Positions 13,959-27,224 of a stretch of DNA of 64,000 bases are shown here, one piece after another. How positions within the stretch are numbered: position 1 is the stretch's first letter; every line of letters starts with the position of its first letter. Below the pieces are notes generated by a model. It was not told the origin of the DNA. It worked only from the letters and a program-made list of their open reading frames with translations, and made no database searches. The stretch is from Chrysomallon squamiferum. Its lineage: Eukaryota; Animalia; Mollusca. The translations under genes were made by a program, and so were the position numbers. The stretch covers positions 5,146,001 through 5,210,000 of the forward strand of contig CM022670.1 in the NCBI GenBank assembly GCA_012295275.1. Direction: 5' to 3'.

Positions 13959-14222
13959 ATATGTACTTATATATATATATATACACACACAAACACATAA
14001 ACATACTCGCACACATACTCACACGCACGCACACAAATGCACACACACGCGCACACACATACACATATAGACACGCACGCACACAAATGCACACACATAC
14101 ACACACACACACGCACACATATACACACACATGCACGCACGCACACAAATGCACACACATACACACACACACGCACACATATACACACACATGCACGCAC
14201 GCACACAAATGCACACACACAC
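13889..14222. repeat. Compound (GT)n/(TA)n/(CA)n tract with a 60-bp higher-order duplication
   Basis: 14101-14160 and 14161-14220 are identical at 59 of 60 positions; a more diverged copy precedes them. Confidence 0.9.
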
Positions 14223-16779
14223 AAGTCATTGACATGTATTAGATTATTCTGGCACTGATGGATGTTATGAACATCTGTTTGTTTATGATGTAAATTAATT
14301 TATCATGTCTTTGCGTTTAATTTTTCTTTCTTTCTTTCTTTCTTATTATTATTAATTTTTGTGAGGGGTATATGTGTTATGTCCTTTTAACCTTGCGCTA
14401 ATTAAATGTCAAGTAATGAAATTCAGACTAAATTAGAATTTTCTTCAGATCTAATCTGTACAGTTTGAGACACTTTAATGTCTTCTTAAAAAATTAAAGT
14501 ACTAAAATGTAAATGTATGTAAATCACACACGCTCTGTGATATAATTAACAATACTAATGTATTATTCACACAAAGTGATTAAATTATGAATCCAGTGCA
14601 ATTACAAGAGTGCAGTGTGAACTGTTTTTAATATCCATTTGTTATCTGGCTTTTTTTAATTTTCTTTCTTAATTATATTTTTCTTGCTTCGTTGCTTATG
14701 TCTCTGTTTCCATTCTTTGTTTCAGGGTCAAGTGTTGTTTTATTTTCTTTCTTTTTTCTTTGATTATTTCTTTGTTTTCTTTTCTGTTTTTGTGGTTCTA
14801 TTAAATATCGTTTATTCTTTTTTTTTTTTTTTTTTAACAATGTTTTTCAGTCCAATGATTTATTATTTTTATTTTTTATTTTTAGTATTGTTTTCTTTTT
14901 AAATATTTTCTTTGTTTCTTTAATACTTTCTTACTTTTTTTGGTCTTTTCAGTTGTCAATCTGTCACTGTCTTTTTTCAGTGAATATTTCTTTTTATTTT
15001 TTCTTTATTTTTGCTTTTCATTTTCATTTGCATTTTCATTTGCATTGGTTTTACTTTCTTTTATTATTTTATGTTTTGTTTTATTTTTTATTATTTTTCT
15101 TTCTTTTTTTTTACACCTAATATTTATATTACTTCACTGGTCATAATTTTTGTTATTATTGTTGTGTTTTGGGGGTTTTTCTCTCTCTTTTTGCTTTCCA
15201 TTGCTTTTTCTTTGTTCTACCCCGTTACACGAATTAAAAGTGGTTGACAAAATAAAATATTTTTGCGCGCCTTCCCTACGACAAGAAGACAAATTTCTCA
15301 GCGCCTTTTACACACCTTCTCTCCACAAACACACAAAATAATAAATAAATTAAAAAAATAATAAAAAAAAAACAAAAACAAAGCAGGAAGTATCCCAATC
15401 AGTCCAGTAATCTATGAATCTTCAGGCGATCTTGTGACTGAGCTGTACCCTACACTGAAGACTGCGCCACTTGCAGTCAAAAAGGAAAAGAGACAATTTA
15501 TTATGTCGTTTTCGTTGTATTATTTCCGTCATGGCAGAAAGTTATGTGTTGCGCGATGACGAATATGACGTCAGACACAGAAAGCGTGCAGTGTTGTGTT
15601 AAGTAAACACAGCCATATTCTTGTCTAAAGTGAAATTCCAACAGTGCTATTTTAAATGCGGCCTGAAGAAATAAACTATAACGTATGCATGTTTATGTAC
15701 GCATATCTTTTAATGTGTATGTATGTATGTAGGCATGTATGTTCGTATTAGATGTATGAATGTATGTGTTGTTGTATGTATGGTTGTATGTATAGTTGTA
15801 TGTATATATGCGTGTGTATGTGTATATATTTATATATATTTATGTGTATGCATGTACGTATGTATGTATGTATGTATGTATATATGTATGTACAGACGTA
15901 TGTATTCATGTATTATATAACTATATATGTGTGTCTGCATGCGTGTATATTTTCTTATATGAACATATGTTATATTTTAAATTTTCAAAAATATGTTTTT
16001 GTTCACAAGGCATTTCACGGAAGCTATATTACATAGCACATCTCCGAATGTTTTAAAATCACGAAAAAGTGGGACAGAACGGTCACGTGACTGACAAATA
16101 AATTTTTGAATAACAGCTGTGAAAGCGAGTGAGGTGGGAACTGGTTTGAAAATCACAGGTGAGAACGGGAACAAGGCAAAATAATAGCTGTAGTCTACTA
16201 GTGTAATTACCTGCAGCTGTACTCGTTTCTAAGCACCATCGTCTGTGTCATAAACAAGAATAAAATAATGTTATTAAAGTGTTCCTTGAGCCAATAAAAC
16301 AATCAGCGATACTGGGAAATTAACACACGGGTTTGTGTTTGTTCGTATCACTCGTTAAAGTTTTAATTTTAAGCGTTTTTTTTTCTTTTTTTTTTCTTAT
16401 TAAATATGACTGTGCATGCAGGTGTATCTTTATTATATATATTCACAAAATATTTTGGTAAATATAAACATATGAGTCTATTCGAACTTAAAGAGAACAT
16501 TAACACGCACACACACACATACATACATACACAATGAAAAAAAAAAAAAAGGAAACCAACAACAAGTAAACACCTGGCTGAAAAAAAGATCTGTATGATA
16601 TTAGTAAACTAAATACAATCTTTGTTAATAAATTATTACACTTTCATTCGTTAAAAAAAAAAAGAAGAAGAAGAAATAAAAGCATAACGAAAAGAAACAC
16701 ACATGATTTAAAAACATATTTTCAGGTTAATATATACACCACGCATCTACACTGTGTGTTACTGACTGACTCAGACTGG

Positions 16780-17193
16780 GGTGAAGTTTTCATAACGTAG
16801 AGCCTGTCACTCCACGGAGCGACGCCATTGGCTACCTTGACACAGGTAAACAGCCACTGACGTTCGCTGTCGCTCGGCTTGCAAACTGGCAGTCGCTCCG
16901 AGGCTATTCGATCGATGAATGCGAGCCCGTACGGCGCACTCTTTCATGCGCTATTCGCTATAATAACCATAATGTATTCTACTCCGCTATGGATTGGAGA
17001 TACGCATCGACATATTGGAGGGAAATTATAAACAAAGAAATCCAAGTTGTGTTTGTGTCTTACTGAAGAAAAGAAAAGAAAAAAAGTTGGATGTGATAAG
17101 TGTATATAATTATATATATATGTATATATATATTTATATTTAAAAAAAAAAAAAAATTAATAATAAATAAATAAAAAAAGGAAAGAATCCGCC
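16780..17193 (+). promoter_or_regulatory. Probable promoter and 5' UTR of the formin gene
   Basis: Locally CpG-rich segment directly upstream of the ATG exon. Contains an inverted CCAAT (ATTGG ~16827), GTAAACA (FOX-type, ~16846), a TGACG half-CRE (~16858) and an initiator-like GCAGTC (~16889). The TSS position is inferred only. Confidence 0.5.
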
Positions 17194-17260
17194 ATGAGTT
17201 CTCAGGCAAGCTTGGATTACATTATTGACAATGAGGAGTTTATTCGAAAGTTTTCTACCA
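17194..17260 (+). CDS. INF2: Inverted formin coding exon 1 (MSSQASLDYIIDNEEFIRKFST + 1 nt)
   Basis: ATG in GCCATG context; in-frame TAA upstream at 17164-17166; no pyrimidine-rich acceptor upstream; ends A|GTAAGT (phase 1). Peptide resembles INF2 [22 protein letters not shown]. Not in the ORF track because it is too short. Confidence 0.9.
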
Positions 17261-19737
17261 GTAAGTTAAAACAGTTTTATTAACATTATTTTATATTTTT
17301 TGCTCATTTTAAAATACAACATTTACATAATTTTTGTATATAAATATTTCTTTTATGTAAAAAACCCTTAAACTTGTTAGTACATGATGTACTATTCCTA
17401 TTATAAAGTTAGTACTGTTATTTTGGGGTGTTTTTCAACAGGTTTGATGTTAGTTACTCTTAGTCTGTGTTTCAAGGTGTGTGATAAAACTATGTGAGAA
17501 CAGCGAGGGCGGGACAGGCGGAGAGAGCGCGGTCTGTGACGAATATCGACGAAGTCCATTCCCAGAAACTGTTTAAATCAGTTATTTGTTCGTGTTAGTT
17601 AATATTTACCGTGAAAAAAAAACACTGATGTCGGAAAGCGACCATTTGCAAATATAACTTGGCTTGCTCTCGCTGTCATTTGAAACAGGTGGGTTTCTTC
17701 TCCGTCCGGAAATCGGTGACACTCTCGAGACAGCACTGCCAAACGTTCTCTTTGATGTGCACCATTCAAATACCGCTTTTCGTGGCCCCCTCTTTGTCGT
17801 GTGTACGCGTTGGTGAACTTGCGAATCATGCACAGACCAGACGATGTATACAGTATTTTAGTATACGTCAGTTTAAAAACATAGACAATAAACAAATATA
17901 TATATATATAATACTGAATATATAAAACTGAAAGACATACATAATAATAACTGACAAACATTTTCATTCTCAAATTATGTTGTTTAAAGAAAAGTCAACT
18001 TTTACGTGTATAGATTAGGTAAATCGATGCAGTAACACATTTTCTCTATTTTTTATTATTATTAATATATTTATTCATAACGGTATTTTGAACTAATACA
18101 CAAATCTTTCACGCAATTATCAAGTAAATTACTGCATTAACTTTGAGTTTCTGGTTTATGTGGAAAGTGTAATGCCGTATTGTAAACCTTAGTTTCGTAT
18201 AAAACGGCTTATCCGTATGTACTTAGTATTCATAGTAGTGAAATCTTAATGATATATCTCAAATAACAGTAATATATTTTAATATTACAAATTTATGCAT
18301 TATTTGCTAAAATAACAGGATTTACGTTTCAGTTCTGTTATCAAGAAATAAGACTCGTTTTGGTATACCAAGTTATAAAAATTAAATTGAATTGAAAGAA
18401 AAATATTTCTTAATTTGAGAGGTTGGAAATCAGATCGATATTGTGTTCTTATTTGCTGCATTAATCAGTTTTATTTACAATTTATTGTGACCATTAAGAA
18501 ACATGCTCATTTCACTGGAATTCAATGAGCATTGATTTTAGTTTTGAAGGACCATTTAGAAAAAGATCTTCATTAAAATATTACATAACTGAAAAAAAGA
18601 AGAAATATCGGGATAAGAGAATTAACATCAGTAGTATTTGATGAATGGGGCAAAAATAACAATTCCGGACATTGCTGAATTTAGACTGAATATTTTTATG
18701 GTCATTAACAAGGTGTTCGGACTGGATATTGACTTCCATTTCTGGTCATTACTTGAAGTGGACTTTACCGGACAGTTAAGTGGACATGGACATTACTGGA
18801 TGGACGCCAGTTAGAGTTAGGTCGGCATACTTTCCCAGGATGAACTCGCAGGATGCGATTTCAAACTTCAAACATCGTTTATCTGGAACTGGGCTCTAGT
18901 AATCCTTTCAAAACATACCAGTTATCGAGATATCCAAATAATTTTTTCAATAATTTTGCAGTCTTTTTTTTTTCTTCTTTTTATTTGTCTCTTTTTATTA
19001 ACAATGGTGTGGTCTGTGCTGCTTGATCCGTTGAGAAAACAAAACAGATTCGTAAAGATCTGGGGAAAGTTTACTTGCGTGTATAGCTAATGTACCTGCA
19101 GTTATTTGGGTGCACCCCTCTTCCCGTCTCTGTGTGCACATGTATCTACCGTGCAGGTCCTGCTTGTCTGACGATTGTGCGTGAGTGTGTATGTTGCTTT
19201 TATGCTCTGTATTAAAGAGGTAAAGAGAAAAAGAGTTTGTGTGGGTGTAGGTTTGTGCATGTGTGCATGTATCCGACTGTATGTGTTTCTGCAGTTGTAT
19301 GACTATGTATATGTGTGTTGCATTTGAATAAGAGCTAGTAAGAGCTAGAAGTTAAAACCAACACCTCTGATAAATAAACGCTATTAATATACAGCCACGT
19401 CGCCATATTGGCGAACAGTTTCTGTCAGGCTTTGTTGCAGATTAACAGTTCTACAGGTGCTAATAACTGTTTCATTTACACACGCGTCACACACACAGGA
19501 ACACACCTCATTAATCTCTGATTAATTACAACCTTTAAATTACGTCTCTGCTAGAAACCGCACTTACCGGTGTATATTAATCACACAGCCAGCCAGCCAA
19601 TCCTTCGTACAGACGCAAACCACTGACAACGCAAAACTTCTCTTTCGCTACGTTGTGAAAGTTGAAATCGTCTCGTACTTGTTTAACGGTACAGATTAAT
19701 GTTGACAGCGCTCGGCACATCGAAGAACGCAAATGAT

Positions 19738-19862
<125 letters not shown>

Positions 19863-20571
19863 GTATGTAGATTTAATTTATTACTTCTCGGTGAGCTGCG
19901 TACTTGTATGAGGGGCACTGTGGTAACAACATCGTACGGATCCTTAGCAATGGAATGCAGGCGACCTTGTAGACTACGTGTTTTTTCTCTTTGTTTTTGT
20001 GTTTACTATTATTTTGTTAATACTTATTTCTTGTTATCCCGGTTAGATCGAATGTCCGTCCTATAGTAATGTTTAAAATGCATCAGGTTATTTAATCTAA
20101 ATTTAATCTTTGGGGATTTTCTTTTTATTTTTTTTTTTTTTTTTTTTTTTTAAATTCTTTCTTTTCATCAATTTATTTCCTTTTTACCCCTTTCTTTCTT
20201 TAGTTCATTTTTTTTTTTTTTTTTACATTCCTTTCTTTATTTTCCTTTTTCTTTTTCTTTTCTTTGTTCTTTCTATTTTGTTCTTTCTTTTCTTTTTTCA
20301 TTATTTATTCTTTCATTATTTGTGTGTGTGTATTTCTTTCTTTCGTTTTCACATAATCTTTGAAAACTAAACATTGTAAATTAAACTACTACGAACACAA
20401 ATGAAATTAAATGTAAGTCCTTTTAAGACAACAAAATACCCGAAAAGAAAAGTGATCCTTTGTTCAGTCTGCCTTTTTATTTTATTTTAACTGTTTTTAT
20501 CCGAGGCAATTATAAATGAAAAATATCGTTTACTAAACTGTGCATAAAATTACGCATTCTATTTTTATTTT

Positions 20572-20573
<2 letters not shown>

Positions 20574-20620
<47 letters not shown>

Positions 20621-20674
20621 TTATTGTTTCTCTTTGTTTAGTTCTAGTGGCTGTTGCGATATCATCATCATCAA

Positions 20675-20770
<96 letters not shown>
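20574..20770. repeat. Poly-T tract and (ATT)n microsatellite
   Basis: Direct inspection. Confidence 0.95.
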
Positions 20771-21557
20771 GTTATTTTTAATAATTTTTTTTTTCTTCAA
20801 TCGATTCTGCTTTTACTATAAAAACTCACGAGGAAATATAACACAAAAATGTATCACAATTTTCCTTAACAACATGGTTACTGGGTGGAGTCGAGGAAAC
20901 TAAGCACGTGACCGCTATCACCTGTATACGTTTTTATGATACACACTTTAATTAACAACAGATAGACGACACCCTCACCTGACACCTATTTAAACACGAA
21001 GATGAGTTAGTAAATAAAATGGTGTTAAATATTTACATTAAATCACATTTCAATTCTCACTTATTGGAATTTGTGACGTAAAAAAAACCCTACTTATGTA
21101 TGTGTACATATATGTTATATTAGTAGTAGTAGTAGTATTACTATTATTATTATTATTACCAGTAACATATATTACCGAAATATATCAAAGAAACAAACAA
21201 AAAGAGGTTTACTGTAAACAGTTTACTGGCCTTCGTTAGAGACATGTTAAATAAAAGACAGAACCAATCGCTAAACACAAATTACTTGTATATTTTCTAC
21301 ACTGTATAATACATTATCAAAACATCCCACTGTTTCTGTTGTCCAGCTGTTTACAAGATAGCAGATCTCTTGTTTTAAGAGGCTTGTATGATTATGATAA
21401 GACTTTGCAACAATTAATAGGTCATTGCTACAGGACGGTCGTTGCAAACACACAAACATTCTGACTTCAAGCGTAAAACGCGAGAAGAAGAAGGAAAAAC
21501 CACAGCCAAAGCTCTAGACTGTTTTAAACTTACGTGCTTATTGCATAAAGGATATTT

Positions 21558-21597
21558 ATGATAAATTCTATGATGACTTGGTATATGAAACGATATG
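21558..21597 (+). CDS. Candidate alternative first coding exon (MINSMMTWYMKRY + G)
   Basis: In-frame TAA at 21546-21548, then ATG; ends G|GTAAGT in phase 1, which splices in frame to exon 2 to give ...KRY-A-LDTENE. No homology support. Confidence 0.35.
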
Positions 21598-22190
21598 GTA
21601 AGTGGTGTCCATTTTGTTAATACATTTTGTTTATAGGAAAGGGTGCTAAGTGGATATGATGATGATGATGATGATGATGTATATTTTTTTTAATGGTGAT
21701 ACACAAAGGAGATTAAACTGTTTCTAAATTAAAAAGAAAAAATAGATTAGTGAAAGAAATAGGCTGGCAGAGAGAGAGAGAGGGGGGGAGAGAGAGAGAG
21801 AGAGAGATACAGATACAAACTATGAACTGAAGATGTGTTACAGGTTTCAGGCCTTATTTGGAGTCGGCGCTGAGGAGCGATCCCAAATCTGTTCAAGTGT
21901 TGCTCGAGGCGACCTGTTCAAGTAACGCAATGTTAAGTAGCTTGCGAGTTTTGTCAGATAATGATGGACGTAACTGTGTCGAACAGGTCAAGCAGCACCC
22001 CTGACCTTTACGTGACCTTGTAACGTAATAGGTGAGATCATTCAGTTGTTAGCAGGAGACGGTTTTGCCTCGTTCCCTTCCCAAAATTGCGGGACTGCGA
22101 TTTAGATTCTATCCATGCTGAAATAACTAGTTTTATATTTATGGGGGAAAAAAAGAAAAAGAAGTAAATAAATGAATAAAAGTAAGAATT

Positions 22191-22290
22191 CATAACCAAA
22201 TCGTGAGGTACCAGCTGGAACGAGAAATAGCCCCAATCGGTGCGACGAAAGAGATTGTTTCCCATCATGCGAGAATTCAGATCTAACTGC
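22191..22290 (-). mobile_element. Fragment of the same SINE-like family
   Basis: Reverse complement GGGCTATTTCTCGTTCCAGCTGGTACCTCACGA matches the CTATTTC..GTTCCA block of other copies. Confidence 0.5.
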
Positions 22291-22795
22291 CATTTTTAAG
22301 TAATCAGACATTTTTTTTTTGGCTTTTTTACATTTAATTTTTTTTTTTTTTTTTTGTTTTTTTGTTGCCTTTATTACATTTGGAAATATAGAATTTAAAT
22401 AAATCAACTGACTAAAATTTCGAGACCCATTAAACTAATTTATGTGTTTTCTGTTGTTGTTTTTTTCTGTGTTTTTCTGTCTACGTTTTGGGGAGATTTT
22501 TAAATTTTATTTTTTATTTTTAACTTTAGACCCAAGTACTAAATCAAGCGCACGTTAATGGATAGAAAATAGAAACCGGTTAATTTTTAACTGGAGAAAT
22601 TTAAACTCTTCGGTTGGCTTTTGTCATCCTGTTTTCGTCGTCTTTACATTCTTTTCATGAATCTTTTGACCTTTACTTTGAACTCTGGCTTGTGTAATGA
22701 TAGGGCTTTTTTAACATTGGTGATTATTTCACGAATAATTATTAGCTGTCATTTCTTTCATTTCTTGTAGTGAAGTGTTTGGGTAGGTTTGCGAG

Positions 22796-22826
<31 letters not shown>

Positions 22827-23071
22827 CTGTGAGAAAAGGGGAGAAATAGTTAAATATACAGGGTGAGAAAGAAAGAAAGAGAGATAAATAGAATGATGGA
22901 CTGATGGATGAACAGAAGAGGACAGAGAAACTTACATGCAAAAATACATATAGAAAACATACAAATATGCATGCATACATACATACGTACAGACAAAGAG
23001 ACAAACAGACAGATATAAACACACACATATCTATGTACATACATACATACATACATATATACATATATACA

Positions 23072-23103
<32 letters not shown>

Positions 23104-23934
23104 CATATATATATATATACGTATACACACACACATATATACATTCAGAGGTAAACGTACGTAGACACAAACCAACACAGAAACGTTTTAAAATTTTCTT
23201 TTTTAAATGAGGGAGTTTGATTCCTTTGCTTGGGTGGCCTGTATTTAACGAGTGCTGTGTAACATTTTTGTTACTCACCTATTCAAGATTTCAGAGCCCG
23301 AGGCTCTGTTACGCTTTTGCATGATTATCATAAAGCATATCGTCGCAACACCTTGATTTACATTTTAATCGACTTCTGTATCCATTCGTAGTTGACATTT
23401 TGTTGTCCTACAGAATCGTTTCTGCTTGCAAAGAAAAAAGAAGAAAAAGAAATACAAAGACATAGAGAAATATATATATATATATAATCAAATGGCATAA
23501 AATAAAACTTTGATTCTTATAAACACAAATGAAAATGTTTTTCTTAATCAGAACGTCCAGTGTTACTGTTGAAATGGGGACAATGTAAAAAAAAAAAAAA
23601 ACAACAACCCAAGAACAAGACGTCCAGATTTTTCTTTTGTTTCAAAATTTTGGTTTACCGCAAGCAAATGTGATCGCCTTTATGTGTGTGAACAACAGAA
23701 CGCCAATACGGAAAAGGTAGCTTTAAATCAATAGCGTTATTGGCAAAAATCAACCGAGCCTGCTTTACTGCATGTACACAGAGTGGTGCTGTTGAGAGCA
23801 GTGCCTTGCTTGGTCAAACATTCTTTACAGAGTCGAACACCCCCCTCCCTCTTCCACATTCTTGTTTTGTCCGTGTTCCCGTTGAGCACTGTAACAGCTG
23901 CTTCAGGAATATTTGTAACATGAATGAGTGTGTG

Positions 23935-24076
<142 letters not shown>

Positions 24077-24290
24077 AAAAGTGTTTTATTTTGTGCCTTT
24101 TACATGTTATTTCATTCCTATTATTGATAATATTTTAATTTGATTGTCAAAAAAAACAAGTTTTCCCAAACAGAAACAGTTGAAACGTTCTATTCTCTCA
24201 TATTTGTAAAATATTCACCATTAAAACTTTCGTTTACATGAATGTCTTTCTGTGTGATGTGACAACAAATATTTACTTTTGTATTTTCAG

Positions 24291-24406
24291 CTCTAGACAC
24301 GGAAAATGAAACAGTTAAAAAGCAGGTATTTGAAATACTGTCGGCTCTTTGTGTATATTCCGAAGAAGGCTATGCACGTGCACTGGATGTCCTCGAGCAT
24401 TATAAG
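24291..24406 (+). CDS. INF2: Inverted formin coding exon 2 (DID: [38 protein letters not shown])
   Basis: Acceptor ttttgtattttcag; donor AAG|gtgagt; 116 nt; phase 1 to 0. Contains the VKKQVFE.L.ALC.YS.EG motif of INF-type DID domains. Confidence 0.96.
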
Positions 24407-25820
24407 GTGAGTGTTTGTGACGTCATTGCTATGCGTGGAAGTGACGTTCTTAGCATTGTCTTCGTGACGTCGGTGCGCTAGTTCAAAGGTGGTGTGTAGA
24501 TGATTGGGTTGGCGTGTTTGAGTATCGTCTTTACTTGTGTTTACATCTTGTGTCTCGACAACAGTATGTGCTGTGTTGTAGGGCAGAAAGGTAACGTATG
24601 AATGATGCTGCTCACAGAATTTGCCACGTGACTAGACAACAACAAGAACGGCCGTGCCCGATGATCTTATATAGACATCAAAGTATATAACATTGTTTGA
24701 GAAACAGAAAGTATTGCAGCGCAAAACTGCTTATCTTTTTTCTTCTTACTTTTACCAGAATTAAACGCATTTAGTTCTTGAAGCTGAAGAGTTTTATTCG
24801 GCACTTTCAAATTACACTTGTCTGAAGTGTTTTAAAGTAAAATTTAAGACCCTCTTGATATGACTTAAACTGAACAAAATGTGTAGTCCACTTATGTGTG
24901 TCCATGCTTTATCTAGGTTTACAGGCTTCCTGCGAATTGTGTTTTAAAAGATAACACCACGGTTTATTTGCTTTACCAGTCAAGTGGTTTGATTTAAGAT
25001 ATTTTAAATTTTATTTCTCTGTAAACTTAGTTACCTTGCTTCGAAATCACAAAGCTCCGTCTTGGGTCTGTAGTAACGTGTTAAATAATACCCAAACAAG
25101 TTACATCCACGCCAATCCTTGTTATTTCATATTTTAGCGTAGATGACGTAAACGAGACATAAGCTCCTCAATTTGTTTTCCTACACCCCCTCCACCACAT
25201 ACACACCCGCATTTAATATAAGTACAATTTACCAGGTGAGTACATTTATCATGCTGCTAATCATAAATCAGTCTATATATCCCACTGTTATGCAGGAAAG
25301 ATTTGCAGACGTCTTTGAAGTGGAGTGTTCATCTGAGATTTAGCACGTCTTTGTATTAAAATATTTTCAGCTTGAATCCTTCATTTCTAGCGGTTGGCAG
25401 AGCACATTAAATGGACTGCATATTTAAAACGCAATCAGCGGTAATGGCGACGACGAACTTAAAGCAGCACGCTCGTGCCTGCTCGAGACAAGCTCATTAA
25501 TATGCAGATGCAGTTATGACGTCATTATAATGTAATGCGCGGTCTTGAATGTACTGTATTTTACACCGTTAAGTATGCGAAGTCTTGAATACAGAACTGT
25601 ACTGGCAGTCGTAAACAGATCTGGCTGTTTATTATGGATTAGTGCATGTGTAGTCAAACAGATAAAGCTGTACAATAAACGTTTTTTTTTTTTAATTTGG
25701 ACTCATTTCAGTAATTATGATATGTATTTAGCAGATGATAATGTGACTAATATCAGATATCATATTGATAAGCATACATTTGTATTTATTTATTATTAAT
25801 CATCTCTTTATGTAAATGTA

Positions 25821-25824
<4 letters not shown>

Positions 25825-25906
<82 letters not shown>
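25825..25906. repeat. (AG)n microsatellite
   Basis: Direct inspection. Confidence 0.97.
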
Positions 25907-25909
<3 letters not shown>

Positions 25910-26824
25910 GAGCGTTATAGCGATTGCACTTAGATGCTACTACTACCACCACGGTCACATATTTTTGGAACGGATTAGAAACCACGATACTTTTTCAACG
26001 ATCCATCTATAACACAATTTTTCCAATACCATTTGTTTAACAAGTCAGCATAGGAAATGATATAACACAACATACACACAGAGAAACAGGGGTTGGGGTA
26101 AAGGTTAAACTGTTGAAATGTAAATGACAAAACAATACATTTAACCGAAGGAAGGGCACGTCAGCGATGGTCGAATATTTGCAGAATGTCACACTCACAT
26201 ATTTTGCGCCCGCCGAGCTTGTCCTATCCCTAGACCCAGTACACAGGTAACAAAACAGCAGGCTCAAATACCTCTTCTACTATTACTTTCACATATAAAT
26301 TCCCCTTTCGACTATTGTCGTTTAATTACCAATGTCCAGTTTAATTACTCGCTCTTCAAGCTTTTGGTGTCGTTCCTGCAATTGTGATTAATTCGAAACG
26401 ACCAGCACAATTATTTTAAAAGTCGAACGTCTTTTGCGGCTTCGGTAATAAAAAGTCAGCCCGTGGGCTTTAAATTATTTACAATTGGCTGCTTTGACAT
26501 TTCATTATTATAAATATAACGACGTCCCCGCCAGTGTTAAAGTATCTGCAGCCACGTCATCCGGGTAAAACGTGAAAGTGAGATAATATTTTCTATATCT
26601 CAAGAAAAGCTTTTGTTTCGTGCTGTTGTTGCGAATGATCTATGAATCTCGATGTACGTAACTTACCGCTCCTTCGCCATAAAACTTAAATGGCTTTCTT
26701 TAATATCTATTACATGCTTTAAAAACCATAATGTATTTTGTCGCACGTAAACAACTTATCATGCGCATTTAGAAAGGGATATCGAAAACATTGCTATTAA
26801 ATCTGTTATTGCTACTGTAATTTA

Positions 26825-26883
<59 letters not shown>

Positions 26884-27116
26884 GTTATTTAGTAAATATC
26901 TTTATTTATTAATAATTATTATATATGTTGATAGAGCATAAAAGTTGTATTATGTGGGGTTTTTTTAGTTGTTTGCTATTTCTGTTTTTCTTGCTTCATT
27001 TATTTATTTATTTATTTGTTAACTGATAATACATTAGTAGTTGTTTTTATGTGGGTTTTTCGTGTGGATTTTTCAGCTGAAAAAAGTAATAAAAAGGAAA
27101 AAAAGACAATAACGAG

Positions 27117-27224
<108 letters not shown>

